64,000 nt of DNA from Candidatus Woesearchaeota archaeon (GTDB taxonomy: Archaea; Nanobdellota; Nanobdellia; Woesearchaeales; GW2011-AR9), in the NCBI GenBank assembly GCA_018696595.1, contig JABHQW010000003.1:64001-128000 (forward strand), in the 5' to 3' direction. The stretch's first letter is position 1, and each line of letters opens with the position of its first letter. The notes beneath the pieces were generated by a model. That model had not been told where the DNA came from, did not search any database, and saw only the letters and a list, made by a program, of their open reading frames with translations. Both the position numbers and the translations under genes were made by a program. Of the stretch, positions 63,221 to 64,000 are shown piece after piece.

Positions 63221-64000
63221 ATGAAACAAACAATCCTAAAAACTCTTAAACAAAACTTACAATATCAAGAAGGTGAGAAAGTAGCAATTATTTATCAAGA
63301 ATGGGATGATTCCTTTGATAATTCTTTAAAACAAAACTTTGACAATTCTAAAATAGTTTCAGAAGAAATGTATAAAGTATTCAAAGAAAATAATATTAAT
63401 ACAAAATTGCTTTCTTACATTCCAGAAGAAGCTAGAAGTGGTGTTGATGCACCTAAAGAAATCTATGAAAAAGCAAAAGACAAAGACATAATCTTCATGC
63501 CAACAGTATTCTCTTTAACACATACAGATTTTACCAATAAACAAAAAGAAAGAGGAGCAAGACTTGCCAGCATGCCCAAATTCGCTTTAGATTGGTTTGA
63601 GACTTCTGGACCAATGGACGTCAATATGAAAAAGATAATTGCTCTAACAAAAGAATATAGTGATAAAATGAGAAACTCTTCTTCTGTTACAATTAAAGCA
63701 GCAGAAACAGAGATTGTAATTGAGATTAATAATAATTTAGTTCATGAGAGTAATGGTATCATTCCAAAAGGTGAATGTGGGAATCTTCCTGGAGCAGAAT
63801 CTTTCTGTGTTCCCAAAAATGCTAACGGTTATTTCACTATTTTCAAGGGTTGGGGTGGACCTTTTCCTTTAGAACATAACATAAGGTTCATTGTAGAAGA
63901 TTGTAAGATTATCAGATTAGAATGTTCTAACGAAAAATACTTAGAGAAAGTTAAACCCTTAATCTTTAAAGAAAAAAACTTTAATGTCTTAGCAGAGTTT
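63221..64000 (+). CDS. Aminopeptidase (M29/thermophilic leucyl type), truncated by the window end
   Basis: Hand translation includes GEKVAII, FSLTHT, GARLASMP and GNLPGAESF; the frame stays open to the edge. Confidence 0.8.
   Translation, partial: MKQTILKTLKQNLQYQEGEKVAIIYQEWDDSFDNSLKQNFDNSKIVSEEMYKVFKENNINTKLLSYIPEEARSGVDAPKEIYEKAKDKDIIFMPTVFSLTHTDFTNKQKERGARLASMPKFALDWFETSGPMDVNMKKIIALTKEYSDKMRNSSSVTIKAAETEIVIEINNNLVHESNGIIPKGECGNLPGAESFCVPKNANGYFTIFKGWGGPFPLEHNIRFIVEDCKIIRLECSNEKYLEKVKPLIFKEKNFNVLAEF

Overview
Archaeal chromosomal window, most likely a DPANN/Woesearchaeales-type organism (inference from archaeal uS9, Rpo10, uL11, PAC2 and BHB tRNA introns alongside bacterial-type MutS, RecQ, CspA, RsuA-family and GpmA genes). 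1-25 kb: housekeeping genes, an unannotated 58-aa histone-fold gene, a tandem tRNA-Met(CAT) with three introns and tRNA-Ser(GGA) with two introns, and two very large surface proteins. 25.5-50 kb: an accessory/defence island with a catalytic-domain-only tyrosine recombinase, HerA-like ATPase, nuclease-containing UvrD, EVE/PUA-like-HNH nuclease and a complete pbeABCD-dndBCDEA DNA phosphorothioation locus. In that locus dndC has no ATG/GTG/TTG ahead of its catalytic motif, and the two unrelated genes bracketing it end in the same 18-aa tail. 50-64 kb: a C-terminal-half-only Hel308, a ThiH-like radical SAM operon preceded by an apparently leaderless 21-aa uORF ending FNYFYW, several unidentified GC-rich structured RNA candidates, cold-shock genes and a truncated aminopeptidase. 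No rRNA, CRISPR array, reverse transcriptase or IS transposase was seen. All family assignments come from motif recognition by eye, not database searches.
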